The notes: generated by a model not told the origin, from the sequence alone. DNA of 64,000 nucleotides from an uncultured Candidatus Rokubacteria bacterium (GCA_963747235.1 CAVVEU010000028.1:12287-76286); one strand, 5' to 3'; shown: positions 32,323-42,596, counted from the first letter of the stretch. Numbers and translations: made by a program.

Positions 32323-33087
32323 TCAGGCGTCCGGCGTGACGGTGCGATCCACCACGCTCAGGCCTTCCAGCGCGAGACCGTAGCCCAGGTAGTCGATGAG
32401 CTGCCGCTTGAGCGGCTGGGTGAACAGCACGCGCGTGTAGCGCAGGAGGAGGGCGGGCTGCCGCGCGATCTGCTCGGCCAGTGCCCAGGCGCGGGGCAGC
32501 AGCTCGGGACGCGGGAGCAGCTCGCTGACCAGGCCCAGCTCGAGCGCCTTCGCCGCGTCGAGGACCTGCCCGGTCAGCAGGAAGTACCGGCCGCGGTTCC
32601 AGCCCAGCAGCAGCGGGTAGATGATGTGCATGCCGTCGCCCGGCACCATCCCGTTCGGGAAATGGGCGGAGTCCTGGAACCGCACGTCATCGGCGGCCAG
32701 CACGATGTCGCAGAGCAGCGGGATCTCGGAGTGCCGCCACGCCGGCCCGTTGATGGCGCTGATCATCGGCACCTCGATGTCGAGCAGGCTCATCAGGAGG
32801 TGCTTGCCCTCCCAGTAGACGCGATCCCACTGGGCCGGCGTGCTGCGCATGCCGGTGCCCCCGGCCGCCTGGGGGCCGGAGAAGACGTCGCCGGTGCCGG
32901 TGAGGATGACGACCTTGTTCTCGGGATCGCCGCCCACGTCGCGGAACGCCTGAGGGAACTCGCCGTGGGGCAAGAGCCCCCACTGCAAGGGACCGCCGCC
33001 GGTGTGGAACGTCATCTGGAGGATGCCGTCGCGGCGCTCCATGCGGATGGTCTGGTACTTCGTCGCGTAGTCGTCGAATCGCGCCAT
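32323..33087 (-). CDS. crotonase/enoyl-CoA hydratase family (6-oxocamphor hydrolase-like)
   Basis: ILTGTG, ISAINGPA..HSE, DSAHF...VPGDG. Confidence 0.85.
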   Translation of the reverse strand: MARFDDYATKYQTIRMERRDGILQMTFHTGGGPLQWGLLPHGEFPQAFRDVGGDPENKVVILTGTGDVFSGPQAAGGTGMRSTPAQWDRVYWEGKHLLMSLLDIEVPMISAINGPAWRHSEIPLLCDIVLAADDVRFQDSAHFPNGMVPGDGMHIIYPLLLGWNRGRYFLLTGQVLDAAKALELGLVSELLPRPELLPRAWALAEQIARQPALLLRYTRVLFTQPLKRQLIDYLGYGLALEGLSVVDRTVTPDA

Positions 33088-33166
33088 CGGATGTCGTCTC
33101 CCTGGACCGGGAGATTACTCGAAACGCCAGCGCGGTGACAGCCGCTTCGCGTGATAGTCTCGCGCA

Positions 33167-34466
33167 ATGCCCCGATCTGGCCCGACCGCGCGCGCCGGCT
33201 GGCGGGCGCGACTCGGCGACCCGATGACGGGCGCGGTGCTCGCGCTCGGCATCACCCAGATCACCGCCTGGGGGACGAGCTACTACTGTCTCGGCGTGCT
33301 GGCGGGGCCGATCAGCCAGGACACCGGCTGGAGCCGCGGCTTCGTCTTCCTCGGCTTCACCGTCGCCCTGCTCGCCATGGGGCTCGTCTCGAGCACGGTG
33401 GGCCGGGCCATCGACCGGCACGGCGGACGCGCGGTGATGACGCTCGGCACCGTGCTCGTGTCCGCCGGCCTGTTCGCCCTCGCCCACGTCCACCGCGAGC
33501 CGGCTTATCTGGCGGTCTGGGTGTTCCTCGGCCTCGGCATGCGCATGTGCCTGTACGACGCCGCGTTCGCCGCGCTGGTGCAGGTCGCCCCCTCGCGTGG
33601 GCGGACGGCGATCTCCTACCTCACCCTGTTCGGGGCGTTCGCGTCGACGGTGTTCTGGGTGGTCGGCCACGCCCTGGAGGAGCAGGTCGGCTGGCGGCAG
33701 ACCCTCGTCCTGTTCGCCCTCATCAATCTGGTGGTGTGCCTGCCGCTGCACTGGCTGCGGCCTCGCCCGGCGCGAGGCCGGCGAGGGCGTGGCCGCCCCG
33801 ACGGGCAAGCCCGCGGCGTCCCCGGACGGCCCGCCGCTCGAAGGGCGCGCGCGCTCGGTCGCCATCGCGCTCTTCGCCCTCATCATGTCGCTCAACGGGT
33901 TCGTGTTCGGCGTCATCTCGGTGCAGCTCGTCCCGATGCTCGAGGCCGCGGGTCTGATGACGGCGGCCGCGGTCTGGGTCGCCTCGATGAAGGGCGTCGC
34001 CCAGTTCGGCGGGCGGGTGGTCGAGATCCTGTTCGCCCGCAACCTCCGGGCGATCACGGTGGGCCGCATCGCGGTCGGCATCCTGCCCCCGACGCTGCTC
34101 TTGCTGCTGTTCGGGACCGGGAGCCTGTCGATGGTCGTCGCGTTCACGCTGCTCATGGGCGCATCCCAGGGCGTCATCACGATCGTCCGGGGCGCGGTAC
34201 CGCTCGCGCTGTTCGGCGTGAAGGGGTATGGCGCCGTGCTCGGCGCCATCGCCACGCCGGTGCTCGTCGTCAACGCCGCCTCGCCCACCGCCTTCGCGTG
34301 GATCGTGGACCGCTGGGGCTGGGGGACGGCGCGCGTGGTGCTCCTGGTGAGCTGTTCCGCCGGGTGGCTCGCGATGGAGCTGATGTCGCGCTGGTACGAG
34401 CGCCAGCGGGAGGCCGTCGGTGGCGGCCCGGCGGCGCGGCCACCGGGCGCGCCACGCAAGACCTAG
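33167..34466 (+). CDS. MFS transporter (frameshift near 33760)
   Basis: QITAWGTSYY, GRAIDRHGGR, LYDAAFAAL. Confidence 0.85.
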
Positions 34467-34473
34467 AACGTCA

Positions 34474-34656
34474 TCACGACGCCTTCCGTTGGTTGGCCAG
34501 GGTGCGCGCCTCAGCGGAACGGACTCCGGCCCGGGCCTTCGCTTCTGCTTTGGCTTCCTTCTCTTGCTTCGCGCTCTTGCGGAGACGAGCGAAATGCGCG
34601 GCATCGGCGGCTTCGATCTTCTGGATGAGGGCGAGCATCCTGGGGCTGATTGCCAT
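34474..34656 (-). CDS. small basic hypothetical protein
   Basis: GGAGGGAG RBS; MAISPRMLALIQKIEAADAAHFARLRK... Confidence 0.45.
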   Translation of the reverse strand: MAISPRMLALIQKIEAADAAHFARLRKSAKQEKEAKAEAKARAGVRSAEARTLANQRKAS

Positions 34657-35157
34657 TGAGGCTCCCTCCCGCGGGGAACGGAATCGGCTCCAACAGAGAC
34701 ATAGTACCGCCACCCGGAGCGCGCCGCTGATCAAGTCACGGGGCAACGGGCGGTGAGGCGAGCGCGGGAGCGGGCCCCGCCTACGGAGCTGGCAAATACG
34801 CCGCGAGATCCCCCTCGGTCTGCTCGAGCCGGCGCGCGAGTTCCCGAATCCACGCTCGCCATCACTTCGATGACGAGGCGCTCCGCACTCTACGGCGCCT
34901 CGCGGCTCGGCGCGCCGGTCCAGATCCGTGGCCATCTGGTCAAGTCCTCTCTGCCAGGTTTCGCCCACCACCGTCGTGGACGCGCGCGAAGAACGGCAGG
35001 GAGGTGGACGATCACTTACGGCGGGCGCGCGATCCAGTTCTCGATGGCCGACCACTCCATGATCGCCCCATCGAGACGTCCGGCAAGCCCGGAATCGGAA
35101 CGGCCCAAGGTAGCGGGAGTGGCAGGACGCCACGCTTCGTCTAACCGAGTGATTGAT

Positions 35158-35235
35158 TGGCGGGCTCGACGGGATTTGAACCCGCGACCTCTGGATTGAC
35201 AGTCCAGTGTGCTAACCAGGCTGCACCACGAGCCC
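35158..35235 (-). tRNA. tRNA-Asp (GTC)
   Basis: GGGCTCG/CGAGCCC acceptor stem, CTGGA-CTGTCAA-TCCAG anticodon arm, GTTCAAATC T-loop, CCA end. Confidence 0.97.
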
Positions 35236-35284
35236 GAAGGATTACCGTAACCGTGTAGTTGTACCACGCGACCTCCCGGCCTGT

Positions 35285-35884
35285 CTATCCGCCCACCGCG
35301 GGGCGGCGCGGGGCGCACTCGAGGCCGGCGGTCCAGGCGAGCTGCCGGGGGTAGCGGCCCAGCAGGTCGGCGATCTCGTCGCACGGGGGCCGGTGGCCGA
35401 GCAGGTCCTCGCCGGGGGCCCGGAGCAGGCGGCGGTGGACGTTGAGCAGGTAGCTGTAGACCATGCGCAGGGACTGGTCCTCCGGCACCTGGCGCACCCA
35501 GGCCAGGATCTCCACCGCCTTGGCATTGGCGTCCAGCTCGCGCTGCTCGACCTCCCGCCGGCGGGCGTCGGTGGTGGCGCCGACCAGGGGCGCGTCGTGG
35601 CCCAGGACATAGTGGGCCAGCTCGTGCGCCACGATGGCGTCGCGGAACTCCGAGCCCAGCACCAGGCGGTTCACCGCGAAGAACCCGCGCCGATAGGACC
35701 CGACCGGGCTGTCCGGGTTGTGGCTCACCAGCACGTGGATGGGCTCCAGGCCGTAGCGGCGGGCGGTCTCGTCCGCGAAGGCGCGGACCTCGTCGAGGCT
35801 CCGGTCCTGGCCGGGGGTCAGCGTCGAGCAGGCGGCCGCCAGCGCCGCCGTCGCCACGAGCCCCGCCAGCCGCGACGCCCTCAT
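35285..35884 (-). CDS. lipoprotein with HExxH zincin motif (M48-like)
   Basis: LAAAC lipobox, AIVAHELAH, ELDAN, HRPPCDEI. Confidence 0.7.
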   Translation of the reverse strand: MRASRLAGLVATAALAAACSTLTPGQDRSLDEVRAFADETARRYGLEPIHVLVSHNPDSPVGSYRRGFFAVNRLVLGSEFRDAIVAHELAHYVLGHDAPLVGATTDARRREVEQRELDANAKAVEILAWVRQVPEDQSLRMVYSYLLNVHRRLLRAPGEDLLGHRPPCDEIADLLGRYPRQLAWTAGLECAPRRPAVGG

Positions 35885-35922
35885 GGCGGAAGTCTAGCAA
35901 ACAGGGCAGAATGTGGCTCGCC

Positions 35923-37683
35923 ATGACGACCCCGACGACGACCCCAACGACTCCATCAACGCTCCGCAGCCGCAACTGGTTCGCCCCCAAGAACCTCGAC
36001 GGCTTCATGCACCGCGCGTATCTGAAGGCCGAGGGCTTCAGCGACGCGGTCTTCGACGGCCGCCCGGTGATCGGGATCTGCAACTCGTGGTCCGAGCTGA
36101 ACAACTGCAACGCCCACCTGCGGCAGGTGGCGGAGGCGGTCAAGCGCGGGGTGTGGAGCGCGGGCGGCTTCCCGCTCGAGTTCCCGGTGATCTCGCTCGG
36201 CGAGATCCTGATGAAGCCCACCACGATGCTCTTCCGCAACCTGATGGCGATGGACGTGGAGGAGTGCATCCGCGCCTATCCCCTCGACTCGGTCGTGCTG
36301 CTCGCCGCCTGCGACAAGACCACGCCCGCCATGCTGATGGGCGCGGCCTCCGCGGACGTGCCCGCCATCATGGTGACGGGCGGGCCGATGCTCAAGGGCA
36401 TGTGGTGCAACCAGGAGCTCGGCTCGGGCACGGACGCGCGCAAGATGTGGGCGCAGCGCCGGGCCGGCGAGATCACCGACGAGGTGATGGCGGAGGTCGA
36501 GGCCTGCCTCTCGCGCTCCAGCGGGCACTGCATGGTGATGGGCACCGCGTCCACGATGGCCGCGATGGCCGAGACGCTCGGCCTGGCCCTGCCGGGCAAC
36601 GCGGCGATCCCCGCGGCGGACTCGCGGCGCCTGGCGCTGGCCGAGATGTCCGGCCGCCGCGCGGTGGAGATCGCGCTGGCGCGCGGGCCCAAGCCCTCCG
36701 AGATCCTGACCGCGGCGGCCTTCGACAACGCGATCCGCGCGGACATGGCCCTGGGCGGCTCCACCAACGCGATCGTGCACCTGGTGGCGCTCGCGGGGCG
36801 CGCGGGCGTGCCGCTGCCGATGCGCCGCTTCGACGAGCTGTCGCGCACCACGCCGCTGCTGGCCAACGTGCGGCCCTCGGGCAAGCACCTGATGGAGGAT
36901 TTCTACTATGCGGGCGGCGTGCCCGCGGTGCTGCGCGAGCTGCTGCCGATGCTGGACGGCAACGCCCTCTCGGTCAACGGCAAGACGCTGCGGGAGAACG
37001 TGGCGGACGCGCCCTGCCACGACTCCGACATCATCCGGCCGCTCTCGCTGCCGCTCCAGCCCGAGGGCGGCACCGTGATCCTGACCGGCAACCTCTGCCC
37101 GGGCGGCGCGGTCCTCAAGCAGTCCGCCGCCTCCCCGCACCTGATGGTCCATCGCGGCCGCGCGGTGGTCTTCGAGGACCATCTCGATCTCGAGCGGCGC
37201 ATCGACGACCCGTCGCTGCCCATCGACGAGAACTCCGTGCTGGTGCTCAAGCACGCCGGGCCCAAGGGCGGCCCCGGCATGCCCGAGTGGGGCGCCGCGC
37301 CGGTGCCCGCGCGCCTGCTGAAGGCGGGCGTGAAGGACCTGGTGCGCATCTCGGACGCGCGGATGAGCGGCACCTCCTACGGCACCGTGGTGCTGCACGT
37401 CACGCCGGAGTCCGCGGTGGGCGGCCCGCTGGCGCTGGTGCGGAATGGCGACGAGATCGAGCTGAACGTGCCGGAGCGCCGGCTGACCCTGCGCGTGCCC
37501 GACGAGGAGATCGCGCGGCGGCGCGCGGCGTGGAAGCCGCGGCCCGACGGCGTCACCAGCGGCTATCTCCGCATGTTCCTCGACCACGTGCTGCAGGCCG
37601 ACGAGGGCGTGGACTTCGACTTCCTGCGCGGCCGGCGCCCGGTGGTGGACGAGGACACCGCGCACGGCTCGAGGCTCGCCTGA
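35923..37683 (+). CDS. IlvD/Edd family dehydratase (sugar-acid dehydratase-like)
   Basis: NCN, CDKT, GHCMVMGTASTM, GGSTN, SDARMSGT. Confidence 0.9.
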   Translation: MTTPTTTPTTPSTLRSRNWFAPKNLDGFMHRAYLKAEGFSDAVFDGRPVIGICNSWSELNNCNAHLRQVAEAVKRGVWSAGGFPLEFPVISLGEILMKPTTMLFRNLMAMDVEECIRAYPLDSVVLLAACDKTTPAMLMGAASADVPAIMVTGGPMLKGMWCNQELGSGTDARKMWAQRRAGEITDEVMAEVEACLSRSSGHCMVMGTASTMAAMAETLGLALPGNAAIPAADSRRLALAEMSGRRAVEIALARGPKPSEILTAAAFDNAIRADMALGGSTNAIVHLVALAGRAGVPLPMRRFDELSRTTPLLANVRPSGKHLMEDFYYAGGVPAVLRELLPMLDGNALSVNGKTLRENVADAPCHDSDIIRPLSLPLQPEGGTVILTGNLCPGGAVLKQSAASPHLMVHRGRAVVFEDHLDLERRIDDPSLPIDENSVLVLKHAGPKGGPGMPEWGAAPVPARLLKAGVKDLVRISDARMSGTSYGTVVLHVTPESAVGGPLALVRNGDEIELNVPERRLTLRVPDEEIARRRAAWKPRPDGVTSGYLRMFLDHVLQADEGVDFDFLRGRRPVVDEDTAHGSRLA

Positions 37684-37684
37684 G

Positions 37685-38911
37685 ATGGCCCCCGAATCAA
37701 CAGTCGCCTCCACCGACGCGGTCGTCATCGGCTCGGGCGCCTTCGGCGCCTCCACCGCGTACCACCTGGCGAAGCGCGGCTTCAAGGTCACGCTGGTGGA
37801 CCAGCACGCGCTGGGCTCGCAGACGTCGCCGCGCGCGGCCGGGCTCACCAGCAAGGCCGACACGATGCCCACGATGGCGCGCCTGCGCCACGAGGCCTGC
37901 GAGGCCTTCGAGCGCTTCGAGAGCGAGATGGGGCGCACGGTGGACTTCCACCGCTCGGGCAGCCTGCGCGCGGCCTACACCGACGCGGCGGTGGAGCGCG
38001 TGCGCATCGCGCAGGAGACCGCGCGCGTCTGCGGCATCGAGGCGCGCCTGATCGACGCCGCGGAGGCCGAGCGGCTGGCGCCCCACTTCAAGCCGGGCGC
38101 GGCGCGCGCGATCCTGCACGTGCCGAGCGACGGCTGGGTGGATCCGGCCAGGGTCGCGATCGGCTTCGCCACCCGCGCGGGCGAGCTGGGCGTGCGCCTG
38201 CTCCCCTTCACGCCCGTGCAGGGCCTGCTGAGCGAGGGCGGCCGCGCCACCGGCGTCATGACCCCGCGCGGCGAGATCCGCGCGCCGGTGGTGGTGGACG
38301 CGGCCGGCGGCTGGACCGCGCGCGTGGCCGCGGGCGCCGGCATCCAGCTCCCGCTGATTCCCGTGCGCCATCAGCTCTTCATCACCGAGCCGATCGCCGG
38401 CGTGGAGCCGCTGCAGCCCATCGTGCGGCTGGTCGAGGCCAGCGTGTACGTGCGCTACGAGCAGGGCGGCCTGCTCTTCGGCGGCTACGAGGACGCCCCG
38501 CGCGTGCTCGGGCGCGAGGGCCTGCCGCCGGGCTTCCAGATCGCCGCGCTCGAGCTGGACCTGGGCGTCCTGCGCGCGCTGGTCAACGAGGTGGGCGCGC
38601 ACTTCCCGGCCCTGCGCGACGCGAAGATCGCGGTGCACCGGGGCGGCGCGCCGACCATGACGCCCGACGGCCGGCCCATCGTGGGCCGCGTGCCCGGGCT
38701 CGACGGACTCTACGTGGCCTCGGGCTGCTGCGTGGGCGGGCTCAGCCTCTCCCCCGCCGCCGGCCGCGCCCTGGCCGACCTGATCGTGGACGGCAAGAGC
38801 GATCCCGATCTGGCCCCGATCTCGGTCGAGCGCTTCGCCGACGGCCACCGCGATCCCGCCGCCCTCGAGGCGGCCTGCGTGGCGCAGTACGCGCGCCGCT
38901 ACACCCATTGA
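37685..38911 (+). CDS. FAD-dependent oxidoreductase (DAO/GcvT-N-like)
   Basis: IGSGAFG, VVDAAGGW, MTPDGRPIVG. Confidence 0.85.
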   Translation: MAPESTVASTDAVVIGSGAFGASTAYHLAKRGFKVTLVDQHALGSQTSPRAAGLTSKADTMPTMARLRHEACEAFERFESEMGRTVDFHRSGSLRAAYTDAAVERVRIAQETARVCGIEARLIDAAEAERLAPHFKPGAARAILHVPSDGWVDPARVAIGFATRAGELGVRLLPFTPVQGLLSEGGRATGVMTPRGEIRAPVVVDAAGGWTARVAAGAGIQLPLIPVRHQLFITEPIAGVEPLQPIVRLVEASVYVRYEQGGLLFGGYEDAPRVLGREGLPPGFQIAALELDLGVLRALVNEVGAHFPALRDAKIAVHRGGAPTMTPDGRPIVGRVPGLDGLYVASGCCVGGLSLSPAAGRALADLIVDGKSDPDLAPISVERFADGHRDPAALEAACVAQYARRYTH

Positions 38912-38922
38912 GGAGACATCCC

Positions 38923-39270
38923 ATGGCCCGAGTCGACTGGAGCTATCACCGCAACGGCTGAATGACCTGCGCCAAGACGCAAGGGTTCCTTGCCAAGCAC
39001 AAGGTCACGGTGGCGCAGCAAGCCGACGCGAAGAAAGCCACCATCAAGGGCGCGGCCGCGCTCGACGTGCTGGACGGCGTGGACGAGCTGTACGTGGCCA
39101 AGGGCAAGAAGATCGAGCACGTGGATCTGCGCAAGACCAGGCCGGATCGCGCCACGCTCCTGGCGCTGCTGCTGGGGCCGACCGGCAACCTGCGCGCGCC
39201 CACGCTGCGCAAGGGCCGCACGCTGATCGTCGGCTTCGAAGAGGCGACCTACAAGAAGGTGCTCGCGTAG
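38923..39270 (+). CDS. ArsC/Spx-like thioredoxin-fold selenoprotein (UxxC, Sec at codon 13)
   Basis: GAGGAG RBS, MARVDWSYHRNG-TGA-MTCAK..., C-terminal GNLRAPTL...LIVGF typical of the ArsC family. Confidence 0.85.
38979..38993 (+). promoter_or_regulatory. putative bacterial SECIS element
   Basis: GCAAGG-GUU-CCUUGC hairpin, loop beginning 24 nt after UGA. Confidence 0.6.
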
Positions 39271-39276
39271 AGCGGC

Positions 39277-39311
39277 CCCCTCACCCTGCCCTCTCCCCGA
39301 AGGGGAGAGGG
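39277..39311. repeat. REP-like palindromic element, copy 1
   Basis: CCCCTCACCCTGCCCTCTCCCCGAAGGGGAGAGGG between convergent genes. Confidence 0.8.
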
Positions 39312-39320
39312 TGATGGAGC

Positions 39321-40178
39321 CTAGCCCTTCACGCTCCCGGCGGTGAGGCCTTCCACCATGTACTTCTGCAGGTAGATGTAGGCCGCGATGACCGGCAAGG
39401 TCGTGAGCACCGCGCCGGCCATGAGGTAGCCCCAGCCGTAGACGTCGCCGGTGATGAAGGTGGAGAGGCCCACCGGCAGCGTGCGCAGCCTCACGTTGGT
39501 GATGAAGACCAGGGCGTAGAGGAACTCGTTCCAGGCCTGGGTGAACGCGTAGAGCCCGCTCGCGAGCAGACCGGGCGCGGCCAGGGGCAGGATCACGCGG
39601 CGGAAGGCGCCGAAGCGCGTGGCCCCGTCGATCATCGCGGACTCTTCCAGCTCGACCGGGATGGACTCGAAGTAGCCCATCAGCAGCCAGGTCACGAACG
39701 GCACCGTGAAGGACGGGTACGCCGCGATCAGGCCGGTGAGGCTGTCGGCCATGCCCAGGTTGCGGATCTGCGCGTAGAGCGGGATGAACAGGATGGACGG
39801 CGGCACCAGATACGTGATCAGCACGGTGCTGGCCATGAACGCGCGGCCGAGGAACTTGAGCCGGGCCAGCGCGTAGGCGCCGAGGGTCCCGATGGCGGTG
39901 GCCAGGAACGTGCTCGAGACCGACACGATGATGCTGTTCTTGTACCAGCTCACGAACTCGGTCTTGGCGAGCAGGTGCTCGTAGTTCTCGGTCACGAACG
40001 GGCTCGGCCAGAACATCGAGACCAGGCTGCGCATCTGGGTCTCGCCCTTGAAGGACGTGACGATCATCCAGTAGAACGGGAAGATCACGAACAGCAGGAA
40101 CGTGATCAGGATCGCGTACGACACCGCGGACTGCGTCCGCTCGATCTGGATCGTGCTGCGCCGCGTGCGAACGATCAC
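39321..40178 (-). CDS. carbohydrate ABC permease (MalG-like)
   Basis: ELEESAMIDGAT, AWNEFL, GLTAGSVKG. Confidence 0.9.
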   Translation of the reverse strand: MIVRTRRSTIQIERTQSAVSYAILITFLLFVIFPFYWMIVTSFKGETQMRSLVSMFWPSPFVTENYEHLLAKTEFVSWYKNSIIVSVSSTFLATAIGTLGAYALARLKFLGRAFMASTVLITYLVPPSILFIPLYAQIRNLGMADSLTGLIAAYPSFTVPFVTWLLMGYFESIPVELEESAMIDGATRFGAFRRVILPLAAPGLLASGLYAFTQAWNEFLYALVFITNVRLRTLPVGLSTFITGDVYGWGYLMAGAVLTTLPVIAAYIYLQKYMVEGLTAGSVKG

Positions 40179-41173
40179 CGGGTCCGGCCCTTCCTCATGT
40201 AGTTCGACAGCACGATGATCACGAAGGCGAGCGGGGGCAGCATGTAGAGCGCGACCGCGATGGCCTCGCCCAGCCGCTGGGCCCCGAAGGCGATCTCGTA
40301 GGTGAGCACCGGCAGGACCATGGTGGCGCCGCCCGGGCCGCCCTTGGTCAGGATGTAGATGATCGCGAAGTCGTTGAACGTCCAGATGGTGGAGAGCAGG
40401 ATCACGATCATCATGATGTTCCGGATGCCGGGGATCGTGACGTAGCGGAAGCGTTGCGCCACGGTGGCGCCGTCCACCGCCGCCGCCTCGTACAGCTCGC
40501 CCGGGATGGCCTTCATGCCGGCCAGGAAGCTGATGCCGAAGAACGGGAAGCCGCGCCACACGTTGACGCCGATGACCGAGGACATCGCGGTGTTCGGCTC
40601 GCTGAGCCAGCCCACGCCGCGCGACATGACGCCGAAGACGTGGACCAGCAGGTAGTTCAGCACGCCCAGGCTGTAGTCGAAGATCCACAGGAAGTTGAGC
40701 GCGGAGACCACGGTGGGGGCCACCCACGGGATCAGCAGCACGCCGGTCCAGAAGCTGCGGAAGCGGATCTTGGAGGTGAGCACGAGCGCCATGCCCATGC
40801 CCAGGACCAGCTTGATGGCCACCGAGGCGAACGTGAAGATGAAGCTGTTGACGACCGCGCGCTGGAAGAAGCCGTCGTAGGTGAGGCGGACGTAGTTCTC
40901 GAACCCGACCCACACCGGCGCCATGCCCACGTACTTGCGGGTCATGCTGAGGTAGACCGCGTAGCAGAACGGATACGCGACCAGCGCCAGCACCAGCACC
41001 ACGATGGGCGCCACGAACAGGAAGCCCATCCGGTAGTCCGGCCCGAAGACACGCCGGAGCGTGACCTCGAGCCGGGCGCGCGGCTTCGGAGCCGCTTCGG
41101 GGAGGAAACCACCCCTCACCCTGACCCTCTCCCCTGAGGGGAGAGGGGAGGGTGAGGGGGCTACGGTCGCCAT
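40175..41173 (-). CDS. carbohydrate ABC permease (MalF-like)
   Basis: LYEAAAVDGA, LTKGGPG. Confidence 0.9.
   Translation of the reverse strand: MATVAPSPSPLPSGERVRVRGGFLPEAAPKPRARLEVTLRRVFGPDYRMGFLFVAPIVVLVLALVAYPFCYAVYLSMTRKYVGMAPVWVGFENYVRLTYDGFFQRAVVNSFIFTFASVAIKLVLGMGMALVLTSKIRFRSFWTGVLLIPWVAPTVVSALNFLWIFDYSLGVLNYLLVHVFGVMSRGVGWLSEPNTAMSSVIGVNVWRGFPFFGISFLAGMKAIPGELYEAAAVDGATVAQRFRYVTIPGIRNIMMIVILLSTIWTFNDFAIIYILTKGGPGGATMVLPVLTYEIAFGAQRLGEAIAVALYMLPPLAFVIIVLSNYMRKGRTR
41112..41159. repeat. REP-like palindromic element, copy 2 (full length, inside CDS)
   Basis: CCCCTCACCCT-GAC-CCTCTCCCC-TGA-GGGGAGAGG-GG-AGGGTGAGGGG; encodes PSPSPLPSGERVRVRG on the minus strand. Confidence 0.8.
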
Positions 41174-41175
41174 GT

Positions 41176-42543
41176 CTAGGCCTTGCCGCGGATCTTGTGG
41201 ATCTCCTCGATCCGCGCGTGGGCTTCCTTCAGGGCCGCCTCGGGCGACAGCCCGCCCACCACCACGCGACCCGCCATGTCGGTGAGGATCTTCTGCCCCT
41301 GCACCTCGGCGGCGGCCGCCGTCATCGGACCCGGATAGCCGATGTTGACGCTCCGGAGGATGTTCTGCATCATCGCGTCGAAGTTCGGGTCCGACTTCCA
41401 GTAGGGGTTGTCGGCGCGACCCTTGTAGACCGGACCCGCCTGCCCGACCGAGACCTGCATGTACTCCGCGAAGCGCTTCTCGTCCTCGAGGTAGCGGATG
41501 AGATCCTCGGCGAGCTCCGCGCTTCTGGGCCTTCTGGAAGATGGCCCAGTTGTAGCAGGACGAGCCCACGAACGAGCCAGCGGGGCCGCCCGGCGTGAGG
41601 ACGCAGAGCGTCTTCGCGGCCAGCTCGTGCTTCTTGCTGACCATCGCGAAGTAGAGGCTGGCGCCGTTGTTGGTGGTCACCAGCTTGCCCGCCATGTAGG
41701 ACTCGTTGTTGGACACGTCGGTCCAGCCCATCACGCCCGGCGGCTGGATCCCGTGCTTCTTGATGGTGTCCACCGCGAACTGGAGCGCCGTCGTGTTCTG
41801 CTTGAGAACGGCGGTGCCGAGCGCGGGCTTGCCGTCCTTGTCCCACACGCCCCCGCCGTAGTTCCAGAGGATGTTGGACATGAAGCCGTCGCCGTCGTCC
41901 GATCGATTCAGGGTCTGGCCGAATCCGTACAGATCCTTGGCGGGGTCCTGGGCCTTCTTGGCAAACTCGACCACGTCCGGATCGTAGACCTTGGGCACCT
42001 TGAGCGCCCTTGGCCTCCATGATGTCCTTGCGGATGAAGAACACGGTGGTCATCGAGTAGCGGGCGACGCCGACGAACTTGCCGTCGGACCTTCATGACG
42101 CGCTCGGCGAAGGGCAGAAGTCCGCCCTTGCGCCGCGGCCGATCTCCGGCCAGCTTGCTCACGTCGCGCAGGGCCGGCCTTGTAGCGCATCGGCCCGTGA
42201 TGTTCATCTCGGCCATGTCGGGCGGGTTGCCCGCCTCGATCGCTGCCACGAACTTCTGCTCGCGGTCACCGAAGGTGGCCCAGTCCATCTCGACGTCGAC
42301 GTTCTTCTCCTTGGCCCACGCCTCGACCTGCTTGGCGACGACGTCGTTGCCCGCGGTGACGAAGCTCTTGAAGAGCCACACGCGCAGCTTCGTCTTCGGC
42401 TTGCGCGGCGGCCATCTGCCGCGGAGCGCGTGCAGGCCCGCCGCGGTGCCGCCGGTGATGACGGCCGCCTTGCGAAGGAACTCGCGGCGGGCGATGAGAC
42501 CTGCGTCGAGCTGCTCGGCCAGATTCTTGAGGCGATTGTCCAT
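41176..42543 (-). CDS. carbohydrate ABC substrate-binding protein with Tat signal (multiple frameshifts)
   Basis: AGGAGGAG RBS, ARREFLRK Tat motif, AIEAGNPPD, SPEAALKEA. Confidence 0.8.
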
Positions 42544-42596
42544 GAGAGGGCTCCTCCTTTGGAGCGCGTGGGGCAGAACCGGGAATGGCCCGAATG

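Noticed and set aside
35926-35960. ACGACCCCG-like short repeats at the dehydratase 5' end
   Set aside because: Encode a low-complexity Thr/Pro N-terminal tail; too short and degenerate for an array
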